Source of the DNA: Fistulifera solaris
Taxonomy: Eukaryota
DNA: 64,000 bases
NCBI GenBank assembly: GCA_030295235.1
Contig: AP026139.1
Location: forward strand, 1 to 64,000
Direction of reading: 5' to 3'
In this document: positions 11,521 to 24,199 of the stretch, one piece after another
Layout: each line of letters starts with the position of its first letter
Position numbering within the stretch: position 1 is the first letter of the stretch
Made by a program: the position numbers and the translations under genes
Notes under the pieces: generated by a model
Seen by the model: only the letters and a program-made list of their open reading frames with translations
Database searches by the model: none
What the model was told of the DNA's origin: nothing

Positions 11521-14500
11521 ATGGAGTCGACGAGTCACAATTTGAAAAGGCGAATGATTCAAGTAAAACTGGGCAATCAGGAGGCCAAGTCGATGCTTCC
11601 CAGTGAAGCGGCAGAGTACTTGCAATCGGTGGCTAGTCTCGGAGCGAATGCGGGACGAGATTTGCGTGTTCAATTCGGTAATTTGATTCATGACAGCAAC
11701 AAGAGTTCTTTGCCGAAAAAACCTCCGGGCTTGCCTTGCACGGAGAAAGAAATGAAAGCGCTAATGAGCATGTTTGTCGAAATCATGGGACTGCAAATGA
11801 ACACGGAGCGTCTAAATGAAACCAAGCCACCGCCGGTTATGAAAAACAAAAACAGGAGTAATCTGTTTCAGTTTCCTACAGATATTCCTCCTCCTCCCGG
11901 CGGGTGGCCGGATGATTTGACTTGGCCGAACACGGAAACGTTGCCTCCTTTGTCAACCATTGTTGATGAGGACAACTCACTGGTTGGTCTACCGGCACTG
12001 GAAGATATACCGGAGGAAGATAAACAGGCGCCTCCGACACAGTATGTAGCAACTCTGCAGGAAGACGACGAAAAGTCACAGGGTCGCAAGGAATCGCTCC
12101 TTTCGAATGGGATGCGCTCGAACGTGTGGCTGTAGAAGAGGCGCTCGAACACGAAGAACGAACGCGCAAGAATTTTAGAAGAAACAAAAAGAAAGAGCTG
12201 TGGCGGTTCCAAGTAACGAAACGGCTAAAAAGGTCGAGGAATTGAATCAGGCCGCGCTTCAGAAGGCTGAGCAACTATTTCTTGCCAGAAAGAAAGCTAT
12301 CGTTTCGTGGCGCACAACAGTCATCGCCACCTTTCATCAAGTTTGTCAAAATTCTTCTACATCTTTGTCGCTTTTAGAAGATATATTGGAACACTCGCCC
12401 TTGTTGCAGGATTATGAGAAGGCAAATCCTTTGGAACCGCATTTGGAAGAATTGCTTCCTTTGTTCGTGAAACATAGGCACAAGGGACAGGCTGGACGAT
12501 TGTGTCTGGCTCGGTTCATTCTCCGACTTCGTCCTCTCCTCTTATTGGCACCTATTCCTACCATCGGAAGAAGCGTGCTTCATATTGCTTCATGGTGGGG
12601 TGAGAGTGAACTTGTCGATCGTATTTGCCATGTCAAGAAAGAGTTGATTGAATATGTGCAGAAGGCAGGAACGAAAAAGTCTGGACTAGCAGCAAGCGAC
12701 AATTTTTGGCCCCCTGATATGAAAGTAACAGTGACACTGAATGATACTTGCCAAGAATCGGGCTGGAATGCAGTTCACTATTCAGCAATATCGGGAAATT
12801 TGGTTGCTCTTGAAATCCTTTTACGTGCAGGCTGCAAAGTGGATATGAGGACCAATTCATCGCACACATGGTCGAAATTGACCGGAAACGGAGTTACAGC
12901 CCGTGAGTTAGTGCGAGATGCTCTCTCGAAAGCCAACGACGTGGAGACCCTGGGTACGGCGTGGCTGGAGATTTCCAAAGAGCACCAAAATAACCCAAAA
13001 CTATACACGGCCTTGTTAAATAAAGCAATGACAAGACTCGATGATGTTGCAAGGGGATTATTTGACAAAACGACTGTTGCCAAAGTCGGACGCGAAGTCG
13101 AGACGATCAAAAGGGAATGCGAGAAGGATGAAAGCATTGTAAAGAAAGACGATGTCTCTACAAACAACAGTACTACCAACGACACGAGCAGCAAATCGAG
13201 TATTTCCGGCGCTAAATTTGACGAGACTAACGAAATGGGTGCGGCTCCTACTAAGCGTATTCGGAAGAAGAAAAAGAAGCTTCAAGACGAGCCGCAAGTG
13301 GATAAAGACAGTAAACCATCTGCGATTCTATCGACGACTTCCCCAGTGGTGCCTCGAGAAGATCCAGTTGTGACTGCTTTGTTGGGCATGGGCTTTCAAC
13401 AAGAAGATGTTAAAGCTGCTATTAACGCTTGTGGTGGCCATAGTCGTGCCACCGTTGACAATGCTGTTGCGTGGATTTTTGGCCAGCAAGAGAGTACAGA
13501 AGATAATCTCCAAGTCTCTCGGCGTGAGACGGAGACTCAGATGAAGGCCGAGGAATCCTGGAGCTCCAAACAGCCCAAGAAAAAGGATTCGAAACAGACG
13601 GACAGTCTCCGTAGCAACGAAAAGCCGACGTTTCAAAGAGATGAACAGCTTTCTCGAAATCGCATTGCGAGTCTCCCGAGAGCGCCCGAGTCTAAGCCAC
13701 CCAAGTCAACGAGGCCTACAGTGCCTGTCGCTTCAGAAAAGGAGAAGCATTTGGAATTGCGAAAGTCTGCTCCACTTTTACAAAGGGTTGGCGAAGAAGA
13801 GGCGCCTAACATGCAAGCTGCAAACAGCGGAACTCCTCAAGGATCTGCAACGGCTGCTTCTTCAATCGAACACCGCACAATTGAGATTTTCAACGACGAT
13901 GCTACTGTTTCAACGCTCGGTAGCATTGCCACTCGGTCTACGATTGTGCCACACAATAACGCGCCGCCAGGATTTCATGTTCCACCCACTATGCACGAAG
14001 AGCCCGGTTCCTCGAACTGGAATCATAATGCGTTCGGAGCTAGTTTTGGTTCACATCCTGGTCCACCGGCCATTTCGGAATCAATGGCAATGCAAGGCCT
14101 CGGTATACCTAAGTCCCCTGCGACGATTGGTCATCGAACCGTACAAATGAACCCTATCGGGCATCAGTCGTCACTAGATTCTCATCAACATCACCATCTG
14201 TTCGGAAGATACAACCCCCATAATGGAGCGGGCACCAACAATATGAATCAACATGTTCCTCGCTACGGAGCTGCGCATCGTGTCGATCCTACGCCGCATT
14301 TCCCCACTTTCCACGAGGCTAATCAACATCATCAGTACGGCGCGAGTCTCTCAGCCCAATATCAGTTCTTAGAAAGCAGCAGCAACTTTAGGAGCGATAA
14401 CGAAAGACTCGGTTCGTCTTTGTTTGCGTCCTCGAATGCTTCTGATCCCTTACTTGGTTCAAGTGGTTTTGGAACGTCCGAACCCCATGACTTTCCAATT

Positions 14501-14692
14501 CCTATAGGACTTGGCTTGGAAACGCTCAATCGTGAAAATGAGATCACATCTCTATGGGACAACCAGCCGTTGTCTTTGACTGCAGATCATGGTGACAACG
14601 GCCTCGGTGTTCATTTATTTGGCTTTTCGGATGACGACGAGAAGCAGACACCCAAATGGGGCAGTGACGGCCTAGGTGGGTCTATTTGGTAA
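11521..14692 (+). CDS. Ankyrin-repeat and UBA-domain protein with a long disordered C-terminus
   Basis: Ankyrin-like SVLHIASWWGESELV and GWNAVHYSAISGNLVALEILLRAGCKVD. UBA: ALLGMGFQQEDVKAAINACGG..VDNAVAWIF. Frameshifts at A-runs near 12072 and 12228. Confidence 0.8.
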
Positions 14693-14819
14693 TGAGGTCT
14701 CATGAAGCCATGAGTAGGAGTGAAGCCATTGCTTATCTATATTGCGCTTATATTCGAACGTAATTCTTAGTCAAATCGTGTCGTATCATCGCTAGATATT
14801 TTGCAGATGATACTATTGC

Positions 14820-15265
14820 TTACTGAGCCAAGAGGTTCTTCATTTCGCCGGAAGCAATTGCCTTTTGAGTGTCATCGTTTCCTCCGATGTGCTTTCCATT
14901 GACGAATACATTCGGAACTGTCTTTTGTCCGGTCATTTCGAACAAGGTATCTTGAATATCGGCTCCATCATCCATTTGATTGAGTTCAAAAATCTTGGCT
15001 TCAACGCCGAGCTCCGCGAACGCCGCCTTTGTTTTGCTGCAAAAGGGCAATAGGACTTGGAGAAAATGGTAACTTGATTCGAATTGATTTCAGAGGTGAT
15101 AAAATCTGTTTTCGAAGCCATGTGTCGGACCGTCAAGTAGTTGCTTGTAGGTTGAGTGACGATGGCGTTCGCAGCCGCCAACGGACGACTCATAATGCTA
15201 GGCGCAAAGGCTTTTGTCGACGTTGCAGCGAATGCGAGAAAGCAGGAAAGGGAAGTTACTCTCAT
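14820..15265 (-). CDS. Dithiol glutaredoxin (CPFC), plastid-targeted
   Basis: IFSKSYCPFC after restoring one T near 15042, TVPNVFVNGKHIGGNDD. Signal peptide ends TKA-FAP (ASAFAP-type motif). Confidence 0.93.
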
Positions 15266-15356
15266 GATTGTAAATTGTAGTGATAGAGAGTACGTAATTA
15301 TGACACGGAGTACCTTGTAATCGTTAATCGTTGCGTCCTGCAAAAATAATGAGATC

Positions 15357-15402
15357 TCGTTTCTCGTTCCTCGTTTCTCGTTTGTCGTTTGTCGTTTGTC
15401 GT
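15357..15402. repeat. 7-bp microsatellite (C/G)TCGTTT
   Basis: About six tandem CTCGTTT/GTCGTTT units upstream of the glutaredoxin. Confidence 0.7.
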
Positions 15403-15461
15403 GCGCTATCTTTCCTCCTTCTATCGTGTTCCACCGACTGACGTAGCTGACCGCTTGGTAA

Positions 15462-15548
15462 TCCGGAAACGGCGTTAAAATTCTGCCTCTTCGTAGACGC
15501 TACGTAGAATCTTGTACTGGAGGCAGAATGTTAACGTCCTTTCCTGGA
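15462..15548. repeat. Short palindromic dispersed element, copy 1 (possible mini-MITE)
   Basis: CGTTAAAATTCTGCCTC (15473-15489) pairs with GAGGCAGAATGTTAACG (15520-15536). An inverted near-identical copy lies at ~40952-41040. TAA flanks both sides. Confidence 0.8.
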
Positions 15549-15892
15549 TAATAAATGTAGTTTTGAAATATCTGGTACTCAATTGTACTTTATGCTATCT
15601 TGACTTGTGACGTGGTGTGACATTTCCCGCATCTTCCTGTAAAACTGTAGGTGGAAATGCATCGTGACTGGATTTTAATCATGAGTCGTCGCACTGAACG
15701 ATCTTTCTCAGTTTAAAATAAATCATCATTATAATTCAATGCAAGTTTACTTTACCCTGGAGTATTGACTCATCATTCCTGCCGACAAATGAGTTCGCAA
15801 TGCGCCGAGAACTCGTAATCAAACGACGAAGCTAAAGGGCAATGTCGTCGAGGCTCGGCCGTCCACCATGAACTTTTAGCTCCTGAAAGAGT

Positions 15893-17249
15893 TTAATGCT
15901 GCATGCAGGCGATGAATGCATCGAGATTAGTAGTGAGCAGCAAATGTGAAAGCGCGGGAGCTTGGTACCCTATAGTCTCGGCTAGAGCGGAACTTAATAG
16001 AGTCATGCGATGGCACTGGTCGCTTATTTGCTGACACTTTTCCGCAAAGCAGTGCAATCGATTGTACAATAGTTGTGGCTCAATTTTTTCTCTTTGAATT
16101 CGATGCCAATATTCACCCTTCCCTTGCAACTGAATTTGAAAGTTCCGATTGTGAGTTAACACATCTATGATGTGTTTTATCAGCTGATCAGCATTATCTT
16201 TGCAACAATCCATTAAATTAAGGCGTTGCAGCGAAGTTTGAAGCGAGAGCATTTGCAAGGCTTCCGACCATTGTTGAGGATGCTGAGCATTTCGTAGGAT
16301 GAGGCGCTTTATGCGCTTGTTACCGCGCATTGTTTGCACGGCAAGAGGAAGATGATTGGTGGCATTCCATGTGCTGGGAATATGAATGCCTAGTGTTTTA
16401 ACATTCTCGCAATCCTGAACGGCGCACGATAGCAACTTCCTCCACCAGGGCTGAGCTTGTGTGTTCGCCTCGTCTTCCAGAACAACTGTGTCCGGACCTC
16501 CAGTTTGTGCGAACAATTGACACAAACGTTCTGCTTGATCCGTAAAATTGCAACGTAATAGCGAAAGCTGTGAAGGAACTTTGCTAAGGAAATCCGAATC
16601 TTCCGCGTCAATCGTAATATTCTCCAAGGTCATCTCGTTGACTTGCAACAACGGCAACAAACGCTTCCAGACCATCGGCTCCCAAGGCATTTGATTTAGT
16701 GTAAGCGTTTGCAAGACAGATGTACCATTCAACTCCGTTTCTCGTAAAAAAAGCATGTCCACCGTCGATGAAGGAACAGCAATGTAGCACGATTTTCCCC
16801 CCGTGACAAGCAATAACGATAGATTGCTCCGCTGAAAATATGAAATGATGAAAGCCGACGGTCCGTTGATGTGAACTCGTCAAGATTGTTTGCAGTTGCT
16901 CCGTCGAAAATGCGCTGCACCACAGATTACCATCGTCGTCGTCTGTAGTTTCCTGTTTGCTCCAATCGCGATAACGCCGTATATTCATTCGGTCGTTACT
17001 TGAATGGGGAAGCTGCAAGAGATATGATACGCCTTCCGCCGCTTGTTTGACTGTAGGAGCCGCAATCAGAATTCGTGTGTAAGCTGCTTCCACTTCAAAC
17101 TGCACGGGAAGAACCGCGTGTTGGTGTTTGTTGAGAATAAAAGAGCACTCATTCCATCGGAAGGTACCGTGTTCTGGCAGGAAATGAAGAAGAGAATCAA
17201 AATCAAAAGCCGAATCAGCCGTCTCTTTCTGCTCTTGTTGCATATTCAT
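15893..17249 (-). CDS. Hypothetical protein of a diatom RNI-like/degenerate LRR family (paralog 1)
   Basis: Shares CSFIDGGHAF and the C-terminal NRL..R..LL..AL.E...LL..NLDA with the genes at 46767 and 48304. Frameshift at the A-run near 16750. Confidence 0.7.
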
Positions 17250-17765
17250 TATAATTATAATGATGAGTAAAAATAGAAGGAAGATCAAAGCGAAAAAGCA
17301 TTGTGCTGGGAGCTGGGAGTGAGAACAGAATCGTTTTAATCGTTATCCTGTGGTGATGTGGTGAGAAGAACAAAATTGTGAGAATTGTTATCGCGTGGCC
17401 TTTTGTCTGACGCAGCAAGAGAAAACAGTACTACTACAAATTGGCAATTGACGTCGAGTAAGTACCAGGTATCTCCAAAATCACATATTTATAAAATGTC
17501 TTCAGTACCGGTCTAGTCACGTCACGGCTCACGGCGCGAGGATTTTGAAATATCGGACAAGGGACAAGAACAATTTTCGAGATTGGGCCACGTCGTTACC
17601 CGATGATGTCAATGTCAATGATCTATGAGACAGCATGACAACAAATTCGTTCAGTTAAACGCAAGCGGTTGAGAAGATTCAATGACAATCTTACAAGAAA
17701 TAGAGGTTGAAAAATGAAAATAGCAGGAGAAAAAGGTTCACTTAGGCGTGCTTTCGTTTTATTGA

Positions 17766-18266
17766 TTACTCCGGATTACAACCGACTTCCTGCTCTAGCC
17801 ATGTGATAAAGGCCTCCGTTCTTTCAAGGGAAATAGAAATGCGTGCTTTACTTTCCATCTCTACACGATTAGCTGACGCTTCGAATGTGACCATGGAAGT
17901 CGTTACACTGTTACGATATGGAAACGAGAGATTGCACAGAAAAAATTAGATGAAGAGCGAACAAACACAAACAAACTTGTAACACAGGAACAACGACACA
18001 TACCGCTCTATCCGGGCGATTTGATTGCGTTCCAGCAATAAGGCGGTATCAATCGATACGAGAATCGCTGCTTCCATTGCCACAAAAAGGACACGTTGAT
18101 TGTTTTGCAGATATTGTTTTGCCAAACTATGATAATGAGTTGGTCGTCGACTGGCGGATACATTAATAGTAGGCCTGTCGGAGGATAGTGGCAGATGCGC
18201 CTCGCTCGTCTCTTCTTCGAAAGCTTCGGAATTTAACGATTGCTCTTCCTCTTCTCGCAAAGACAT
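17766..18266 (-). CDS. Alba-domain nucleic-acid-binding protein (paralog 1)
   Basis: INVSASRRPTHYHSLAKQYL..VLFVAMEAAILVSIDTALLLER..A.I.RVTTS..KARISISLERTEAF follows the Alba (At2g34160-type) pattern. Intron 17908-18003 (GTATG..CAG) splices in frame. Confidence 0.8.
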
Positions 18267-18620
18267 GGATCTTCCGCTGCAAACAATTTAATCCTTGCGT
18301 CAAGATGTTGGAATCACTGTTAATTGTCATGACAAGCATTCAGTTTGTTTTATAACAACGAACTTCTTGGTAGATATGGAGTTGATTTTTGAGAATAGCT
18401 TGTTCGTTCCATAGTCTTTCCAAAAGAAAATAGGAGTCTATCCCAATCCTAATCCCAATCCCACGGCCATACCTGGTACTAGAGGTACGGTACCGTACCA
18501 GTAACAATCCTTTTCGTCAGGATGCATCAGTGCCGGTAAGATTCTTTGAGGTTTCAAATTATCAGGGTCATTAGTTAGTTAGAGTTCGGCCAACTAAGGT
18601 CCCTTTGTTCATTGTCTAAC

Positions 18621-18757
18621 AGAAGAGCTTACCAGTCAGAAGAATGATGTGTGTATGCAAACTCTATAAATACAGCCTTACTGATTGTTTAAAAGAAGAG
18701 CTTACCAGTAAAAAAAGTAATGTGTGTATGCAAATTCTATAGGTACAACCTTACTGA
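18621..18757. repeat. Two imperfect ~64-bp direct repeats
   Basis: AGAAGAGCTTACCAGT...ATGTGTGTATGCAAA.TCTATA..TACA.CCTTACTGA at 18621-18684 and 18694-18757, just downstream of the LRR gene stop. Confidence 0.85.
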
Positions 18758-18778
18758 GCTTAATAATACTTAGGCCGC

Positions 18779-21700
18779 CTAGATGCACTCCGAACAACAT
18801 GTCTCTAATTCACAAACCACGGTGCAGTCGACAACTAGAGTGTCTAGCAAAAGTGAAGGATCAGCTGCAACAGCGCATATTTGTTCTGGGACGTTTCCTG
18901 TTAACTGGTTGTTGCCGAGTTGCACTTCTACCAATGTTGATATTTGGCCGAGCTGGGTAGGAATCGGTCCGGTGAGAGCGTTTTCATTAAGCAAAAGACT
19001 CTGGAGTACCGTAAGTTGACCCAGTTCCGCGGGTATTACTCCCGTTAAAGGAGCATTACGTCCCAGGTTCAAGTGCTTCAACTTTGTGAGTGATCCAAAC
19101 TCTAATGGAATAGTTCCAGAAAACAAACAAGCTCGGGCGTTGAACCGCTCTAGATTCGTCAGCAATCCGAGCTCAGGCGGCAGAGGGCCAAATAGCAATG
19201 TTGACTCCAACGCAATGTCTTTAAGGGTAAACATGGTGAAAAGCTCCAATGGAATCGCTCCGCTCAGTGCACTATTTCCAGATAAATGAAGTGTTTCTGA
19301 TTGCAAGAGGGCAAGGGGTGTTAGTCATCGTGTTTGAACAGTTTGTACCCCATGAATGCGCGTCGCAACCTACCTAACGACAAAGCTGTCGCTATTTCCA
19401 CCGGTATTGTTCCACTTATGTTGTTCCGTGACAACCGGAACTCGGTCAGATTGGGCGAAGTTTCCCAGCCAGTGGTCGGAAGGGAACCCGAGAACAGATT
19501 GTCGTCCAAAATTAAGACCTGGATATTTGGTAGACTGAGCAGTTCGGCAGGGAAAGGACCCGTCACACCCGTCCCATTGAGATTGAGCTCTTTCAGCGCT
19601 GTCAAAGAAGTATATTCAGTGCCTAATGTGCTGCCCAGAACGTTCCCCGCTAACGAGAGAATTTCTAGCTCCGTCAAAGCAGCCAGGGTCGGCAGCGGAC
19701 CCACAAGTCCATTCGATTCCAAATAGAGCTCACGCAGCGTCACTATTTCGCCGAGCTCTGCCGGTATCGGGCCGGTGAGAAAGTTGAGATTCAAATTTAA
19801 AACCTCCAATGCCTGTAACTTTGTCAAAACCGCTGACGGCACTGGACCAGTTAATTGGTTCGTATTCAGGTCAAGAACCCTCAATCCTGTAAGCGACCCA
19901 AGACCTTCGGGAAGAGAACCTGAAATCGCATTATCGAATAAGATTAGTTCTTGCAGGTTCGCCATATTCCCCACTTGTTCGGAGAGGGGCCCAAACAACG
20001 AGTTTGATGACAAGTCGAGAACTTCTAGGACACCGTCAGCTGCTCCGTCAAGTACAATCCCTGTGAATGTATTTCGAGCCAATTTCAGAGTTTTCAGCGT
20101 TGAGCTTGACAATAGCTCCGACGGAATTTGACCGAACAACAGATTTTCGCTTAGATCGAGTTCAACCAAGGACGGAATCGAAAAAAGTACAGTCGGTGGG
20201 GAACCTTCAAAGAAATTCAAATATGCACGAACTATCTCGAGACTGCCTAGTCCCCCGATTTCTTCTGGTATCGCAGTGAAACCATTTTCAAAGATATGCA
20301 GTTCCTTCAGACTGGTTAGCAATCCAATCTCGGTTGGAAGCGCTCCAGTAAATACATTACTGGCAAGATTAAGTGTGGCTACGTTAAGAAAACAAAGTGA
20401 GACGTGTTTTGTGCGTATTTAGCTAAAGAGCAAATGAAAGTTTCTTCTTACCCAATGCACCGAGGTTACCGAGACTGGTAGGGAGCTGCTGTGACAGCTC
20501 ATTTCCCTCTACCTCTAAAGTGACTAAATTCGTTAATCTGCCGAGTTCGGAGGGTAGTGTCCCTGTGTGAAAGTTCAAATTCGCCCTGAAGCCGATCAAA
20601 CTAGAAAGCCTGCCGATTTCTGTCGGCAACGTGCCATTGAAAAAGTTATTCGAGTAATCCATTACTTGCAAGAGTGTCAAACTGCTTATGCCAGATGGAA
20701 TCGTCCCGTATAGGTCATTACCGGAAACGTCAAGAATACCTATGTTTTGAAATAAGAAAATCGTGAGATATTTGCACATCAAAAAGTACAAAGACATGAA
20801 CGGACGTGGCCTTTTACACACCTAACGAATTCAGACCACGAATTTCAGAAGGTAGCTCCCCAAAGAGATCGTTTTCACTCAAACTAATTTGTATAACTTT
20901 GCCATCATCGTCACACATCACACCGTACCACGGTGTACATACAGGATCTGGACCGGTCCAACCATCCCGAACACGCCACGAACTCCCATTCGTGGCATAA
21001 AAGAGTGTATTCAAAGCGTAAATCGCTCGGATTTCTTCTTCGTCACCGGGGACGGCCAAGTCGGGAAATGACTCGGTCACTTTTTTATACGCCAGATTCT
21101 GGGCTGTGCCTTCAACATTTATTGATTCGTCATCGGTTAAAGCAAAGGCAAGGAACGCATCGATTGAGTCGAACGCCGGCAGGTGGTTGGCGCACCTATC
21201 AGAGTGCTGGGTGCCGGACTAATTGTAGGTGCAGCTTCAATCAACGTCGAAGGTTGTGTACTTTCCGCAGCTCCAGCCACTGGTGCAGGACTGACTGTAG
21301 GTCCAGTGGCAGCTTGCGTAGCAGGTTGCGAGCTCTCGCCTGTACCAGCGTCCGGAGCGGGGCTCGACGAAGATTCCCCTGTAGCGGGCTGCGAGCTTTC
21401 TCCAGTACCAGCTGCAGGTGCTGGGCTTACAAAAGGCGCGGCGGCAGCTGGCTGGGAGCTTTCTGCAGGACCTGCTGGGCTCTCGGTTGTTCCAAACAAA
21501 ACAGGAGAGCCTGAACCACCCGACCCAACTAGGGAAGGTGCATCAGTTCCCAACGAAGCTGCTGTTGGCAATCCTGTTTGAGAAGATGGCGATGTAGGTG
21601 ATCCCAGAGCGGGTGCGTCAGACCCAGTAGATGGCAATGTCGGCAATACTGTCTGAGAAGCAGGTGTCGGTACTATCGTCAGCGGTGATGAGGGCGTCGG

Positions 21701-22583
21701 AACCAATGTCAACGGGGAAGCTGGTGTCGGTACTATCGTCAGCGGTGATGAGGGCGTCGGAACCAATGTTAACGGGGAAGCTGGTGTCGGCGCGATCGTC
21801 AGCGGTGATGAAGGTGTGGGAACCAATGTCAACGGGGAAGCTGGTGTCGGCACGATCGTCAGCGGTGATGAGGGTGTCGGAACCAATGTTAACGGGGATG
21901 CTGGTGTCGGTTCTATCGTCAGCGGTGATGAGGGTGTCGGAACCAATGTCAACGGGGAAGCTGGTGTCGGTTCTATCGTTAAAGGAGATGAGGGCGTCGG
22001 AACCAATGTCAACGGGGAAGCTGGTGTCGGTACTATCGTCAGCGGTGATGAGGGTGTCGGAACCAGTGTTAACGGGGAAGTAGGTGTTGGTACTATCGTT
22101 AAAGGAGATGATGGTGTCGGCACCAGTGTGAGAGGCGAACCGGGCGTCGGAGCTGGACTTCCCGACGACGACGATGCCGGAGTAGGCTCTCCGGTTTGAG
22201 ACGACGGCAATGAAGGCACTCCTGTTTGAGACGTTGTAGTCGGACTCGCCGTCTGAGAGAGTGTTGTCGGTACATCTGTTTCAATTACTGGTAATGTAGG
22301 AATATCGATAGGTCTATCTCCCGCTGGTGCAGGGGTATCATCCGTCGGCGTTTCTATTGGCGCCGGATTTTCCCCCTGCAGGCGATGGTGCTGGAGAAAT
22401 CGTCGCATCAATATCCGGTGGCGGCTGCCCATGCCGTGCAAATATCAGTTGTTGAGTTTCTTCCACAGATAAGCCGTTAAATAATCTTCTCCATGACTGC
22501 CATGAATTATCGGAAGACGAAAGCAACGCCGCCACAACGAACCCGGAAGCCAGCAAATAGGCTTTCCTTCGTATTTCCCGCAT
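18779..22583 (-). CDS. Extracellular leucine-rich-repeat protein with a Pro/Thr/Ser mucin-like stalk
   Basis: N-terminal hydrophobic segment, then PTPxSPLT repeats, an LRR N-cap (LFYATNGSSW..W..C.PWYGVMC), more than 20 plant-type LRRs (LxxLxLxxNxLxGxIP) and a C-terminal DC..VC...CCSEC. Introns near 20742-20818, 20380-20450 and 19297-19373. Frameshifts near 22442 and 21183. Confidence 0.9.
21650..22150 (-). repeat. Coding minisatellite of 30-bp units with 60-bp higher-order period
   Basis: About 16 units alternating PTPASPLTLV and PTPSSPLTIV; successive 60-nt lines are nearly identical. Confidence 0.95.
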
Positions 22584-24199
22584 CGGTATTGTCGTGTCTT
22601 TGGCTTCCAATGAGCCGATTTTGACAGAAGAAAAGCGCCCGGTCGATTAGCTGTCTAACTGAGATGGCTTTGCCATGGAGGTAACAGCAGATTTGGCTTT
22701 CCGAAGTCGTTTTATCAAAAGACCGATGAAGTCGAAAAATTTGGACCCGAAAATTGTGGCCCGAGGTCACAAAATCGGCCATCGCGGAAAAGGGTCTTCG
22801 AGAAGTCATTTTCAGAGTATACTGTATTGTACAGTCTTATTGATACTCAAACCTATCACTAAATTCCAACGGAAAAGACAACAGACAGCGAGAAGTCCCA
22901 ACGAGGACGGACCGTGACTCCTCTTCAGGACTGCAAACTGCAATTCTGGCATGAGTGCAATACGGAGTATGTTCTCATCCCCAGTCTTCCTTACAATGCG
23001 TTTGTCTGGCTGCTTTGATGAGCTATGGATGATGGATGTCTCTTTATCAGCATAAATACCTCGAACAGCTTCGCAATGCGCGATTCGAATCCTTACAGGG
23101 AAATCTTTGCGGATCATTGTCAGCGTGACTGTAGCGCAAGTGATGGGTCACATAGCCATGACTGGATTCCAGTCACGAGACAAATATGTTTGTTTGTAAG
23201 TCAAGTCTATGCAATTTCCAGTCAGTCCTTCTGAGCATTTTTAACCAAGCTCGAAGGTCGTACTTTACTAAATGTATGTCATGCTGTAATGAATTACCAC
23301 AATGAACTGGTGTATCGTGTATCTATGTACAATAGCGCTCTGCGTACGTGTGTGTATGTGGTTGTGCGCAACGTCAGTCCCAAGTGTCCGGGTTACGGTT
23401 TTGACGTTATCGTTCGTGTTCTTTCGTTGCAGTTGGCTGTTTACCTGGTACCAAGTAATCTTACAGAAAGTCTGTGTAAAATCCAGAAAATCTGAGACGG
23501 TGTGTTTAATCCTTCAGCAATTCTGTGTACGTTCCTAAACTCATGGACAACGCGTGAGCAAAAAGAAATTTTGTGAACGCTCCAGAAATTCTGCTAACGG
23601 CGTCTTTGTACATACAGCATTTCTGTTATATAATCAGAAATGCTGCAGTGTTTTGATCATATTATTGTCAGTGTGTATGTGCATGTCTGTGTGTAACGTT
23701 CGTCCCTGGTGTCTGGGTCACGAATCCGACGTTGTCACACGGGGACCGAGCGCCCCATGCCCTGTGTCCATGTGTGGGGTGTGGGTGTGGGAAGGGCGAG
23801 ATCGAAAAGGCTCTCGAGAGGCTCGCAATCGCAAGGTCTCTAGAGCGAGACGCCGAAGGCGACTAGCGGCTAGTACCGTAATGCATTTTGAAATACAATG
23901 GCGAATCTACATCGAAATTGCCTGTCTATAAGGCGTCCGCCACTGTGTATTATGGAATGAAATGTAGGCGACCTTTTCATCCGACTGGATCCTGGAGGAG
24001 TCACTCACGGTTCTGTCATGTGCCCGGGATGCCGCAATAATACTCCGTACGAGAGAAGCGGATTTTTTATTGCATCGACTTGCATCGCAGATCGCGCAGC
24101 TTGCATCTTTCGCATTCGCTCTTTCTTTCTATTTTAGACAAGCACGACTATTCCTTTTCATCTTTTCTTGGTAACTTCGTTATTCACAAGTTAGACGAA

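Noticed and set aside
21650..22150. CRISPR-like regular repeat
   Set aside because: No unique spacers, it is in frame within a eukaryotic gene, and there are no cas genes.
20933..22199. Long plus-strand ORFs over the LRR stalk, and similar antisense ORFs elsewhere
   Set aside because: They are shadows of real genes on the opposite strand and show no independent motifs.
22600..24100. Short ORFs or ncRNA in the long LRR-Rb intergenic region
   Set aside because: No recognisable protein motif, tRNA/snRNA signature or terminal repeats seen by eye.
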